Shown here piece after piece: positions 37,397 to 45,332 of a stretch of 64,000 nucleotides of DNA. Each line of letters begins with the position of its first letter. The stretch's first letter is position 1. Position numbers and translations under genes: made by a program. Source of the stretch: Actinomycetes bacterium (GTDB taxonomy: Bacteria > Actinomycetota > Actinomycetes > Actinomycetales > Microbacteriaceae); assembly GCA_023386365.1 (NCBI GenBank), contig JAEWJX010000079.1, positions 3,179-67,178 on the forward strand, read 5' to 3'. The notes below the pieces were generated by a model that ran no database searches, was not told where the DNA came from, and saw only the letters and a program-made list of their open reading frames with translations.

Positions 37397-38245
37397 TCAG
37401 CCCGCGACCGTGACGTCGAGACCCAGATCGAGCGAGCGGACGCTGTGCGTGAGCGCACCCACCGAGATGACGTCGACCCCGGTCTCCGCGATGGCTCGGA
37501 CGGTGTCGAGGTTCACGCCGCCCGACGCCTCGACGAGGGCCCGGCCGGCGACCAACGCAACCCCTTCGCGGAGTTCGTCGGGACCGAAGTTGTCGAGCAT
37601 GATCGTGTCGACGCCGGCTGTCACGACCTCTTCGATCTGCGCGATGCGGTCGACCTCCACCTCGAGGTGCACGGTGTGCCCGATGCGGGCCCGCGCCGCG
37701 CGGATGGCGTCGCCGATGGGGACGCCCGCGGCAGCGAGCACCGCGAGGTGGTTGTCTTTCGCCATCACCGCATCCGACAGCGAGTGACGGTGGTTGCGGC
37801 CGCCGCCATCGCGGACAGCTTGCCGTTCGAGGATGCGTAGTCCCGGTGTGGTCTTGCGGGTGTCGACGATCCGCGCCCCGGTGCCGGTGACGGCCTCGAC
37901 GTAGCGGGCGGTGAGGGTCGCTATGCCGCTCATGCGCTGGACCAGGTTGAGGGCGATGCGTTCGCCGCGGAGCACCGAGCGTGCGGAACCCTCCACCCGG
38001 GCGAGAACGTCGCCCGGCTCGAAGGCGGCACCGTCGGCACGGGTGACCTCGACCGTGACGTCACCGTCGACCAGCTCGAAGGTGCGCGCGAAGATATCGC
38101 CCCCGGAGAACACGCCGGGTTCCCGCGCGACGAGCGCGGCGGATGCCACCGCCTCGGCCGGAAGGAAGGTCTCGCTGGTCACGTCGCCCCACGGGGCGTC
38201 CTCCGCGAGGGCACGGCGGATGATGTCGTCGATCTGGTCGCTCAT
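37397..38245 (-). CDS. nadC: Nicotinate-nucleotide pyrophosphorylase (carboxylating)
   Basis: Internal ATG (MSDQIDDIIRRALAEDAPWGDVTSE). Motifs DTRKTTPGLR and IMLDN. ATGA overlap with the nadB stop. Confidence 0.9.
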   Translation of the reverse strand: MSDQIDDIIRRALAEDAPWGDVTSETFLPAEAVASAALVAREPGVFSGGDIFARTFELVDGDVTVEVTRADGAAFEPGDVLARVEGSARSVLRGERIALNLVQRMSGIATLTARYVEAVTGTGARIVDTRKTTPGLRILERQAVRDGGGRNHRHSLSDAVMAKDNHLAVLAAAGVPIGDAIRAARARIGHTVHLEVEVDRIAQIEEVVTAGVDTIMLDNFGPDELREGVALVAGRALVEASGGVNLDTVRAIAETGVDVISVGALTHSVRSLDLGLDVTVAG

Positions 38246-39810
38246 CGCAGCGCCTCCTCGGGTTCGGGAACGGATGTCAACCGCCAGGCGAGGGATCGCG
38301 CCCACTCCGTGCGCGTCTGCGGATGGTCGGTGCGATCGTGGGCCCCCCGCGACTCCTCCCGCACGAGTGCGGCGCGCGTCAGCAGCCGACCCAGCTCCAG
38401 CAGGTTGCGGTCTTCGAGGTGCGCGACGGTCTCGCCGGTCACCTGCCACGACTCGAGCAGCATCAGGGCCGACGTCAGCCCGCCCGCGTCGCGCTCGAGT
38501 CCGACGGACTCCCACAGGAGCGCTTGGATCTCGCCCCGGGAGACAGGCAGTCGCTCACCCGGGTCGACGGCCTCCACGTGGTGCTCGTCGACAGGGCGCG
38601 CGGACCGCTCGCTCCAGGGCGCGTCGGGGGTGTCGAGCGCGTCGGCGGCACGCCACGCGAACACGAGCGACTCCAGCAGCGAGTTGGAGGCGAGTCGGTT
38701 GGCACCGTGCACGCCGGTGCAGGCGGCCTCCCCGACCGCGAACAGTCCGCGGATGCTGGTGCGTCCGTCGAGGTCCGTCCGCACGCCGCCCATCCAGTAG
38801 TGGGCGGCAGGGGTCACCGGGATCGGATGGACCGCCCAGTCGAAGCCGTGCTCGCGGGTGACACGCGTGATGCCGGGGAAGCGCTCCGCGAGGAATCCTG
38901 CCCCGTGGGCCTGCTCCACCCCGGTCGCGTCGAGCATCACAGGCCGGCCGCCCTGTGCGGCCATCGCCGCGGCGATGCCCCGGGCCACGACGTCGCGGGG
39001 GGCGAGCTCGGCATCCGGGTGGACGTCGAGCATGAACCGACGCCCCTGCTCGTCGAGCAGCACGGCACCCTCGCCGCGAACCGCCTCCGAGACGAGAGGA
39101 CTTCCCGGGACGGCGAGCGAGGTCGGGTGGAACTGGAAGAACTCGAGGTCGGCGAGCGCGGCGCCCGCTCGGTAGGCGGCCGCGATGCCGTCGCCGGTGG
39201 TGACGAGCGGGTTGGTGGTGTGCCGGAACAATTGCCCGGCGCCGCCGGAGGCCAGCACCACCGCATCCGCGTCAATGCGCACGTCGCGTCCCTCGGCGCC
39301 GATCACGTCGATGCCGACGACCCGGCGCCCCTCGGCGGTTTCGGCCACGACGAGGTCGCGCATGAAGGTATGTTCGTGAACCTCGACGGCGAGCGCACGG
39401 ACCGCGCGCAGGAGCGCCACCTCGATCGCCAGCCCGGTGGCGTCGCCGCCGGCGTGGATGACGCGGCGGTTCGAGTGGGCCGCTTCGTGTCCGCGCGCCA
39501 GTTCGCCGTTCGCGAGGCGGTCGAATTCGACCCCGAGCGCCATCAACTCACGCACCCGCACGGGCCCCTCGGTGCACAGCACCTCGACGGCGGCGGGGTC
39601 GCAGAGTCCGGCGCCTGCCCGCAGGGTGTCGGCGATGTGCGAGGCGGCGGTGTCGTCGGGGAACAGCGCCGCGGCGATCCCGCCCTGCGCGTACTTGGTG
39701 TTCGACTCCCCCAGCTCGGCTTTCGTGACCAGCACCACGTCGTGATGCGCGCTGGCGCGGTACGCGGTGATCAGGCCCGCGATCCCGGTGCCGACGACGA
39801 CGACGCGCAT
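38242..39810 (-). CDS. nadB: L-aspartate oxidase
   Basis: VVVVGTGIAGL FAD fold, YAQGGIAA, RHTTNP..TGDGIA, GGVRTD, ACTGVHGANRLASNSLLE. Confidence 0.9.
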   Translation of the reverse strand: MRVVVVGTGIAGLITAYRASAHHDVVLVTKAELGESNTKYAQGGIAAALFPDDTAASHIADTLRAGAGLCDPAAVEVLCTEGPVRVRELMALGVEFDRLANGELARGHEAAHSNRRVIHAGGDATGLAIEVALLRAVRALAVEVHEHTFMRDLVVAETAEGRRVVGIDVIGAEGRDVRIDADAVVLASGGAGQLFRHTTNPLVTTGDGIAAAYRAGAALADLEFFQFHPTSLAVPGSPLVSEAVRGEGAVLLDEQGRRFMLDVHPDAELAPRDVVARGIAAAMAAQGGRPVMLDATGVEQAHGAGFLAERFPGITRVTREHGFDWAVHPIPVTPAAHYWMGGVRTDLDGRTSIRGLFAVGEAACTGVHGANRLASNSLLESLVFAWRAADALDTPDAPWSERSARPVDEHHVEAVDPGERLPVSRGEIQALLWESVGLERDAGGLTSALMLLESWQVTGETVAHLEDRNLLELGRLLTRAALVREESRGAHDRTDHPQTRTEWARSLAWRLTSVPEPEEALR

Positions 39811-41099
39811 CAGCTCTTCGGCTTCGCGTCGAGCATCCGCTGCAGGGCGATCCGGGCATCGGCGGCGACGTCGTCCGGCACCTGGATGCGGTTGAGCGTC
39901 TCACCGTTCACGAGACCCTCGAGCACCCATGCGAGGTATCCGGGGTGGATGCGGTACATGGTGGAGCAGGGGCACACCACCGGGTCGAGGCAGAAGATGG
40001 TGTGCTGCGGGAATTCGGCCCCGAGCCGGTTGACCATGTTGATCTCGGTGCCGATGGCGAAGGTGGTGGGCTCCGTGGCGGCCGCGACGGCCTTGCGGAT
40101 GTAGTCGGTCGACCCGGCTTCGTCGGCCGCGTCGACCACCGGCATCGGGCACTCGGGGTGCACGATCACCCGCACGTCGGGGTACTGGGCGCGCGCCTGG
40201 TCGATCTGGTCGACAGTGAAGCGCTTGTGCACCGAGCAGAAGCCGTGCCAGAGCACGACCTGCGCGTCGAGCAGTTCGTCGCCGGCATTGCCGCCGAGGG
40301 GCTTGCGCGGGTTCCACATCGGCATGCGCTCGAGCGGGACACCCATCTTCTTGGCGGTGTTGCGACCGAGGTGCTGGTCGGGGAAGAACAGCACCCGCTG
40401 GCCGCGCTCGAACGCCCACTCGAGCACGGTCTCGGCGTTGGAGCTGGTGCACACGATGCCGCCGTGCCGCCCGCAGAAACCCTTCAACGCGGCGGACGAG
40501 TTCATGTAGGTGACGGGGATGATCGGCACGCGTCCGTCGGCGTCGGGCTCCGTGCCGTAGAGGGCCTCCAACTGAGCCCAGCATTCCTCCACCGAGTCGA
40601 TGTCGGCCATGTCGGCCATCGAGCATCCCGCGGCCAGGTTCGGCAGGATCACCTGCTGGTGCGGCTGGGCGAGGATGTCGGCTGTCTCCGCCATGAAGTG
40701 CACACCGCAGAAGACGATCGCCTCTGCGTTCGGCACGGTCTGGGCCGCGTTGGCGAGCTGGAACGAGTCCCCGAGGAAGTCGGCGTGCTGCACGACCTCG
40801 TCGCGCTGGTAGAAGTGCCCGAGCACCACGACGCGATCCCCCAGCGTCGCCTTCGCGGCGCGGATGCGGTTGTGCAGTTCCTCGGTCGACGCACGCTGGT
40901 ACTCGGCCGGCAGGGCGCCCTGGCGCGGCGATCCCACGGGGATCACGTCGCCCATCGACGACCCCGGACCGTACTGGAGGAGTCCGTCGAGCTCCCACGG
41001 GGCCTTCGCGAGTGCCGGGCTGCAGGCCTCAGCCGCATCCCCGGCCGCGTTGCGCCCGGTGGTGCGGATGAGCTGGATGGTCTGATCGACGGATACCAC
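39810..41099 (-). CDS. nadA: Quinolinate synthase
   Basis: VLGHFYQRDEV, FCGVHFMAETA, CSMAD, VHPEC, CPCSTM. GTG start after a GAGAGAGAAG SD-like run. The stop shares a nucleotide with the nadB start. Confidence 0.9.
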   Translation of the reverse strand: MVSVDQTIQLIRTTGRNAAGDAAEACSPALAKAPWELDGLLQYGPGSSMGDVIPVGSPRQGALPAEYQRASTEELHNRIRAAKATLGDRVVVLGHFYQRDEVVQHADFLGDSFQLANAAQTVPNAEAIVFCGVHFMAETADILAQPHQQVILPNLAAGCSMADMADIDSVEECWAQLEALYGTEPDADGRVPIIPVTYMNSSAALKGFCGRHGGIVCTSSNAETVLEWAFERGQRVLFFPDQHLGRNTAKKMGVPLERMPMWNPRKPLGGNAGDELLDAQVVLWHGFCSVHKRFTVDQIDQARAQYPDVRVIVHPECPMPVVDAADEAGSTDYIRKAVAAATEPTTFAIGTEINMVNRLGAEFPQHTIFCLDPVVCPCSTMYRIHPGYLAWVLEGLVNGETLNRIQVPDDVAADARIALQRMLDAKPKS

Positions 41100-41126
41100 G
41101 GTGGTTCTTCTCTCTCAGGGGGCGGC

Positions 41127-41813
41127 TCAGCGGATGCCGGCCGGAGTCAGGGGGCCGTTGTCGACGAGGTCGACGGTGGCGTCGTAGCGGTAGAGGCGCG
41201 GCGGTCGGTGCCGCCCGCCGGTGACGTGTTCGCCTGTGGGCACCACGGCGCGGCTCGCTTCGATCTGGCGACGGAAGTTCGCGGGGTCGAGGGGACGCTG
41301 CAGCACGATCTCGTGCACCTGGCGCAGTTCGGCGAGGGTGAAGGTGGCGCCGAGGAAGGCGTGCGCGATCCGCGAGTACTCGAGCTTGGTGCGCAGGCGC
41401 CAGAGGGCGTAGTCGACGATGAGGTTGTGGTCGAAGGCGAGTTGCGGGAGCTCGTCGGCCGGAAACCAGGCGACGTTCTCACCGACGAACGCCTGTTCGG
41501 CTTCGTCGCCGCGCACGAGTGCCCAGTAGACGATCGAGACGACGCGCCCCGACGGCGAGCGGTCGAGGTCGCCGAAGCAGTACAGCTGTTCGAGGTAGGC
41601 GGGCGCGAGCCCCGTGGTCTCGGCGAGTTTGCGCGCCGCCGTGGATGCGAGGCTCTCGTCGGCGTCTGCCGAGCCGCCAGGAAGCGCCCAGAGTCCGTCG
41701 AAAGGCTCACGCACGCGGCGCACCAGCGGGAGCGACAGCACGAGCCGACCCTCGGCATCCGGGCGCAGCGCGAAGATCACGGTCGAGACCGCGAGATCGA
41801 TGCCGTTCGCCAT
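41127..41813 (-). CDS. nrtR: NrtR/NdnR-family Nudix-related transcriptional regulator of NAD synthesis
   Basis: Internal ATG (MANGIDLAVSTVIFAL). Degenerate Nudix box (GGSADADESLASTAARKLAETTG). C-terminal winged-helix segment (FTLAELRQVHEIVLQRPLDPANFRRQI). First gene of the nad operon. Confidence 0.75.
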   Translation of the reverse strand: MANGIDLAVSTVIFALRPDAEGRLVLSLPLVRRVREPFDGLWALPGGSADADESLASTAARKLAETTGLAPAYLEQLYCFGDLDRSPSGRVVSIVYWALVRGDEAEQAFVGENVAWFPADELPQLAFDHNLIVDYALWRLRTKLEYSRIAHAFLGATFTLAELRQVHEIVLQRPLDPANFRRQIEASRAVVPTGEHVTGGRHRPPRLYRYDATVDLVDNGPLTPAGIR

Positions 41814-41821
41814 GGGGACTC

Positions 41822-41848
41822 CTGTAAAGGTCAGCGTGACCAGAACAG
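41822..41848 (-). promoter_or_regulatory. Candidate NrtR operator 1 (palindrome)
   Basis: CTGTaaaGGTCAgcgTGACCagaACAG. Perfect GGTCA-N3-TGACC core (a GT-N7-AC pattern) with outer CTGT/ACAG arms, 9-35 nt upstream of the nrtR ATG. Confidence 0.55.
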
Positions 41849-41879
41849 AGTTTAGCACTAAAGGTCAGGCACACCCCAA
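41849..41879 (-). promoter_or_regulatory. Candidate promoter of the nrtR-nad operon
   Basis: Minus strand reads TTGGGG-19 nt-TAAACT. Operator 2 overlaps the -35/spacer and operator 1 lies just downstream of the -10. AGGAG SD sits 5 nt before the ATG. Confidence 0.35.
41863..41875 (-). promoter_or_regulatory. Candidate NrtR operator 2 (imperfect)
   Basis: GGTCAggcACACC repeats the AAAGGTCAG half-site of operator 1. It keeps GT-N7-AC, the right arm matches 3 of 5, and its centre is 34 nt from operator 1. Confidence 0.35.
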
Positions 41880-41900
41880 CTCACGCCCAGCCGGAGCGGA

Positions 41901-42722
41901 TCAGCGCGTCAAGAGCCCCGCATCGAGGGTGAACTGCGCGCCGGTGGCGTAACGCGCCCGATCACTCACCAGGTAGCGCACGAGCTCCGCGACATCCGAT
42001 GTCTCGATCCACGGCACGCCAGGCAGCAGATTGCCCGCGCTCCGCTCGGCGATCTCCCGCGGAGTCGCCCCCTCCAGCGCGGCGAGCCCGTCGTTCATCG
42101 GCGTGTCGACGCCGGTGGGATGGATCGACACCACCCGCACCCCGAACGGCGCCAACTCGATCGCCCACGCCTTCGTCAGGCCTGTCAGGCCATGCTTCGA
42201 CGCCACGTAGTGCGACAAGCGATTGCCGCCGCGCAGACCCATCACGCTCGAATTGTTGACGATCACGCCGTGCGCCGAGCGCTTCAGGTATGGCACCGCC
42301 GCACGCGCCACGACGAACGGCCCCGTCAGATTGATGCCGATCATGGCATCCCATTCCGCATCCGACATGGATTCGAGTTCCGCGTACGCCACGATGCCCG
42401 CGTTGTTGATCAGGATGTCGATGCCCCCGAAGGCCTCGACCGCCGCGTCGACCGCACGCTGAACCGCGGCGGAGTCACGCACGTCGGCGAGTGCCGGGAT
42501 CGCCCGCCCACCGGACTCGAGGATCTCGGCCACCAGCGTCTCGAGTTCCGCCGTGGTGCCCTGCGCGTACGCGGGGTAGGCGAGTTCGGCGCCCACGTCG
42601 AGAGCCACCACGGCGGCACCGTCGGCAGCCAACGCGGTCGCGATCGCGCGCCCCTGGCCGTGCGCCGCCCCGGTGACGAGCGCGACGCGACCGGCGAGCG
42701 GCGCCTCAGTCGACGCGCTCAT
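41901..42722 (-). CDS. SDR-family oxidoreductase
   Basis: GRVALVTGAAHGQGRA, NNAG, catalytic S...YVASK. The long insertion after the first beta-alpha unit resembles carveol-dehydrogenase-type SDRs. Confidence 0.85.
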   Translation of the reverse strand: MSASTEAPLAGRVALVTGAAHGQGRAIATALAADGAAVVALDVGAELAYPAYAQGTTAELETLVAEILESGGRAIPALADVRDSAAVQRAVDAAVEAFGGIDILINNAGIVAYAELESMSDAEWDAMIGINLTGPFVVARAAVPYLKRSAHGVIVNNSSVMGLRGGNRLSHYVASKHGLTGLTKAWAIELAPFGVRVVSIHPTGVDTPMNDGLAALEGATPREIAERSAGNLLPGVPWIETSDVAELVRYLVSDRARYATGAQFTLDAGLLTR

Positions 42723-43251
42723 CCCCCGGCTTCCGGAAGTCGTAGAGCACCTCGTCGAGTGGCACGCGACCGACCGTGTTGACCAGGTTGGTTGCCACCA
42801 TGAGGCCGGCGAAGGCCACCAGGATGAGACGGAGTTTCGGCGAGAAGGCCTTTTCCAGGCGCGCGCGGAACGCGTCGTCGATCCCCGCGGGGTCCGTGGC
42901 GATCAGGCGCCCCCACTCGAGCAGCAGCTGCTCGGTCTCGGTCACCTGCGGGTTGTCGGGGTCGTCGCCCGACTCGATGAGGATTCGACGGAAGAACACC
43001 GAGCAGACGAGGCAGTCGTTGGCATCGGAGATCGCGTACGAGAACAGCGACACCGCCCGCTCGCCGATGTACGGCTCGAGCTCGTCTTTCAGCGTGTACC
43101 ACTCCATGTAGGCGTCGAAGCTGGGCACATGACCCAGCAGGGTGCGTTTCATGTTCGTGATGCGGCCGCCGTGGAGTTCGACCTGGCGCTCGGCCGCGGC
43201 CAGCGCCTCAGCCGATAACTCGGCGTCCGGCGACATGGGCAGGAACGTCAT
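42706..43251 (-). CDS. Carboxymuconolactone decarboxylase/AhpD-like family protein
   Basis: 181 aa, CLVC (CxxC) motif in an all-helical context. 17-nt overlap with the SDR gene start. Confidence 0.65.
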   Translation of the reverse strand: MTFLPMSPDAELSAEALAAAERQVELHGGRITNMKRTLLGHVPSFDAYMEWYTLKDELEPYIGERAVSLFSYAISDANDCLVCSVFFRRILIESGDDPDNPQVTETEQLLLEWGRLIATDPAGIDDAFRARLEKAFSPKLRLILVAFAGLMVATNLVNTVGRVPLDEVLYDFRKPGDERVD

Positions 43252-43285
43252 GCGCTCAGCCTAGAACGCCGCAGGGATCCCGCCG

Positions 43286-43846
43286 CTACGCCGCGACACG
43301 GGACGCAACGCCCGTGATCGGCTGAACCTCGTCGAACACCCCACGGCGGATCGCCTGGAACACCTCGACGGCGGCCTCGGCGAGCCGCCCGTGGCCGGCG
43401 AGAACGGTGCGTCGCAGCTTGACGTCGTCGTGGATCGCCAGATCGGCGGCCGAATCGACGATCCGCGCCCCGAGCGAACGGGCCCAGGCGGCCGTCATGT
43501 CGGCCACCAGCGGGTCGGCCGACACCACGCGCACGTCGTCGCCACGCCCGAAAGGCCGAGCGCGGACGAGGGCACGCGCGATGAGTCCCGCCCCCAGGTA
43601 GCTGACGACCTGCTCGTCGGTGATCCAGCGCGGCACACCGAGCACGTCGCGCTGCTCCCGCAGGACGAGTTCTCCCAGCTCCTCGCCGGAATCCCGCCAC
43701 GCGACACGGTCGCGCGGGGCGAAACCGTTCGTGTCGGGGCCGGCGGCATCCACGATGCCCACGACGAATCCGCGCCCACGCAGAGCGGGACGCAGGCGGA
43801 GGACGCCCGTGGTCGGGCGCGGGACGGCGATGCGGTTTGCACTCAT
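43286..43846 (-). CDS. Shortened MDR (quinone oxidoreductase/alcohol dehydrogenase)-like protein
   Basis: 186 aa. GroES-like N-terminal piece (GIVDAAGPDTNGFAPRDRVAW) and a Rossmann remnant lacking the GxGxxG loop. Roughly half the usual MDR length. Confidence 0.45.
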   Translation of the reverse strand: MSANRIAVPRPTTGVLRLRPALRGRGFVVGIVDAAGPDTNGFAPRDRVAWRDSGEELGELVLREQRDVLGVPRWITDEQVVSYLGAGLIARALVRARPFGRGDDVRVVSADPLVADMTAAWARSLGARIVDSAADLAIHDDVKLRRTVLAGHGRLAEAAVEVFQAIRRGVFDEVQPITGVASRVAA

Positions 43847-43870
43847 ATCGATGGGTGAAACGCGCGTCCC

Positions 43871-43896
43871 GGCGTGCGCATTCCCGAATGCACGCC
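43871..43896 (-). terminator. Stem-loop after the FAD oxidase gene
   Basis: GGCGT(gc)GCATT cccg AATGC ACGCC, 10 bp with a 2-nt bulge. Only TTT follows on the minus transcript. Confidence 0.3.
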
Positions 43897-43906
43897 GAGA
43901 GTTCCC

Positions 43907-45259
43907 TCAGAACACCTTGCCCGGATTGAGGATGCCTGCGGGGTCGAACAGCGCCTTGATCCCGCGCTGGAGCTCGTACGAGTCGTCGCCCAGCTCCTGC
44001 CGCAACCACCGCCTCTTCAGCACGCCAACACCGTGCTCACCGGTGAGCGTGCCTCCCAGGCGGAGGCACTCGCGGAACACCGCGTCGGCGGCCGCCCACA
44101 CCTGCTCCGGCACCTCGGCATCCGGGCCCGCCCCGACCACGAAGTTGGGGTGCAGGTTGCCGTCTCCGGCATGCGCGACGGTCGGGATCGAGATGCCGAA
44201 GTCGCGTTCGATGCGACTGATCGCGGCGAACATCTTCGGGAGCGCGCTCCGCGGAACGGCCACATCCTCGATGAGCACGGTTCCCCGTCGCTCCATCGCC
44301 GGATGGAATGCCCGCCGGATCGCGAAGAGCTGCTCCCCCGCCTCCGCGTCGGCGGAGATGTCGACGATCCCGCCTCCGGCGCGGAGGAGCGCCGCGATCT
44401 CGGCGGCCTCCGTCTCCGAGGCGGCGCCGTCGGTGCGGATCAGCAGTTGCGCGCCACGACCGCCGAGGTCGGATCCCAGGTAGTCCCCGATCGCCTCGAG
44501 CGCCGAGGCGCCGAGCAGCTCCATCGCGGCAGGTCGCACGCCGCTGGCCGAGACGGCGGCCGACGCCGCGGCGGCTCGCTCGACGTCCGGGAACGCGGCG
44601 CTCAAGGTGATGACCGGACCCGCCACGAGCGGACGCAGGCGGACGGTGGCCTCGGCGATGATCCCCAGGGTGCCCTCGGATCCGATGAACAGCGCGGTGA
44701 GGTCGTAGCCGGTGACCCCCTTCACTGTGCGGCGTCCCACCTCGAGCAGTCGACCGTCGGCGAGGACGACCTTCAGGCCGATCACGGCTTCCCGGGTGAC
44801 TCCGTACTTCACGCACATGAGACCGCCCGCGTTGGTCGCGATGTTGCCGCCGACGGTCGAGATCGCGCGACTGGCGGGGTCGGGCGCGAACCACAGGCCG
44901 TGCTCGGCGACCGCCTCGTTCAGGTCGCCGTTGAGCACGCCGGGTTCGACGACGGCGAGTTCATCGTCGCGGGACACCTCGAGCACGCGGTTCATCCGGA
45001 GCGTGGAGACGATCAACTCCCCAGCACCGCCGACGGCGCCACCCGCGAGGCCGGTACCCGCGCCGCGAGGTACCACCGGCACACGGTGGGCGCTCGCCCA
45101 GCGCAGCGCGGTCTGGACGTCGGCGATCCCCCGCGCTTCGACGACGGCGAGCGGCGCGGATGCGGTGCGCAGACCGGACTTGTCGGTGCGCATCGCATCG
45201 AGCAGGGCCTCGTCGGTGACGACGGCGGCTCCGAGTGCCGCCCGCAGCTCATCCAGCAT
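43907..45259 (-). CDS. FAD-binding oxidase (GlcD/D-lactate dehydrogenase family)
   Basis: PCMH FAD domain (VVPRGAGTGLAGGAV, ATNAGG) and C-terminal GTLTGEHGVGVLK. Confidence 0.85.
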   Translation of the reverse strand: MLDELRAALGAAVVTDEALLDAMRTDKSGLRTASAPLAVVEARGIADVQTALRWASAHRVPVVPRGAGTGLAGGAVGGAGELIVSTLRMNRVLEVSRDDELAVVEPGVLNGDLNEAVAEHGLWFAPDPASRAISTVGGNIATNAGGLMCVKYGVTREAVIGLKVVLADGRLLEVGRRTVKGVTGYDLTALFIGSEGTLGIIAEATVRLRPLVAGPVITLSAAFPDVERAAAASAAVSASGVRPAAMELLGASALEAIGDYLGSDLGGRGAQLLIRTDGAASETEAAEIAALLRAGGGIVDISADAEAGEQLFAIRRAFHPAMERRGTVLIEDVAVPRSALPKMFAAISRIERDFGISIPTVAHAGDGNLHPNFVVGAGPDAEVPEQVWAAADAVFRECLRLGGTLTGEHGVGVLKRRWLRQELGDDSYELQRGIKALFDPAGILNPGKVF

Positions 45260-45332
45260 GCCCTGAGGTTAGCCCGTGGGTGATGTCCGATTCCCGCTGG
45301 TGAACGTCGGATGCGGGTGCGAGGGTGGACAG

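Noticed and set aside
41901-42722. A mycofactocin-dependent SDR implying a mycofactocin system.
   Set aside because: The GQGRA-type N-terminus is only suggestive. No mftA-F-like genes (radical SAM, small precursor peptide and so on) are in the window.
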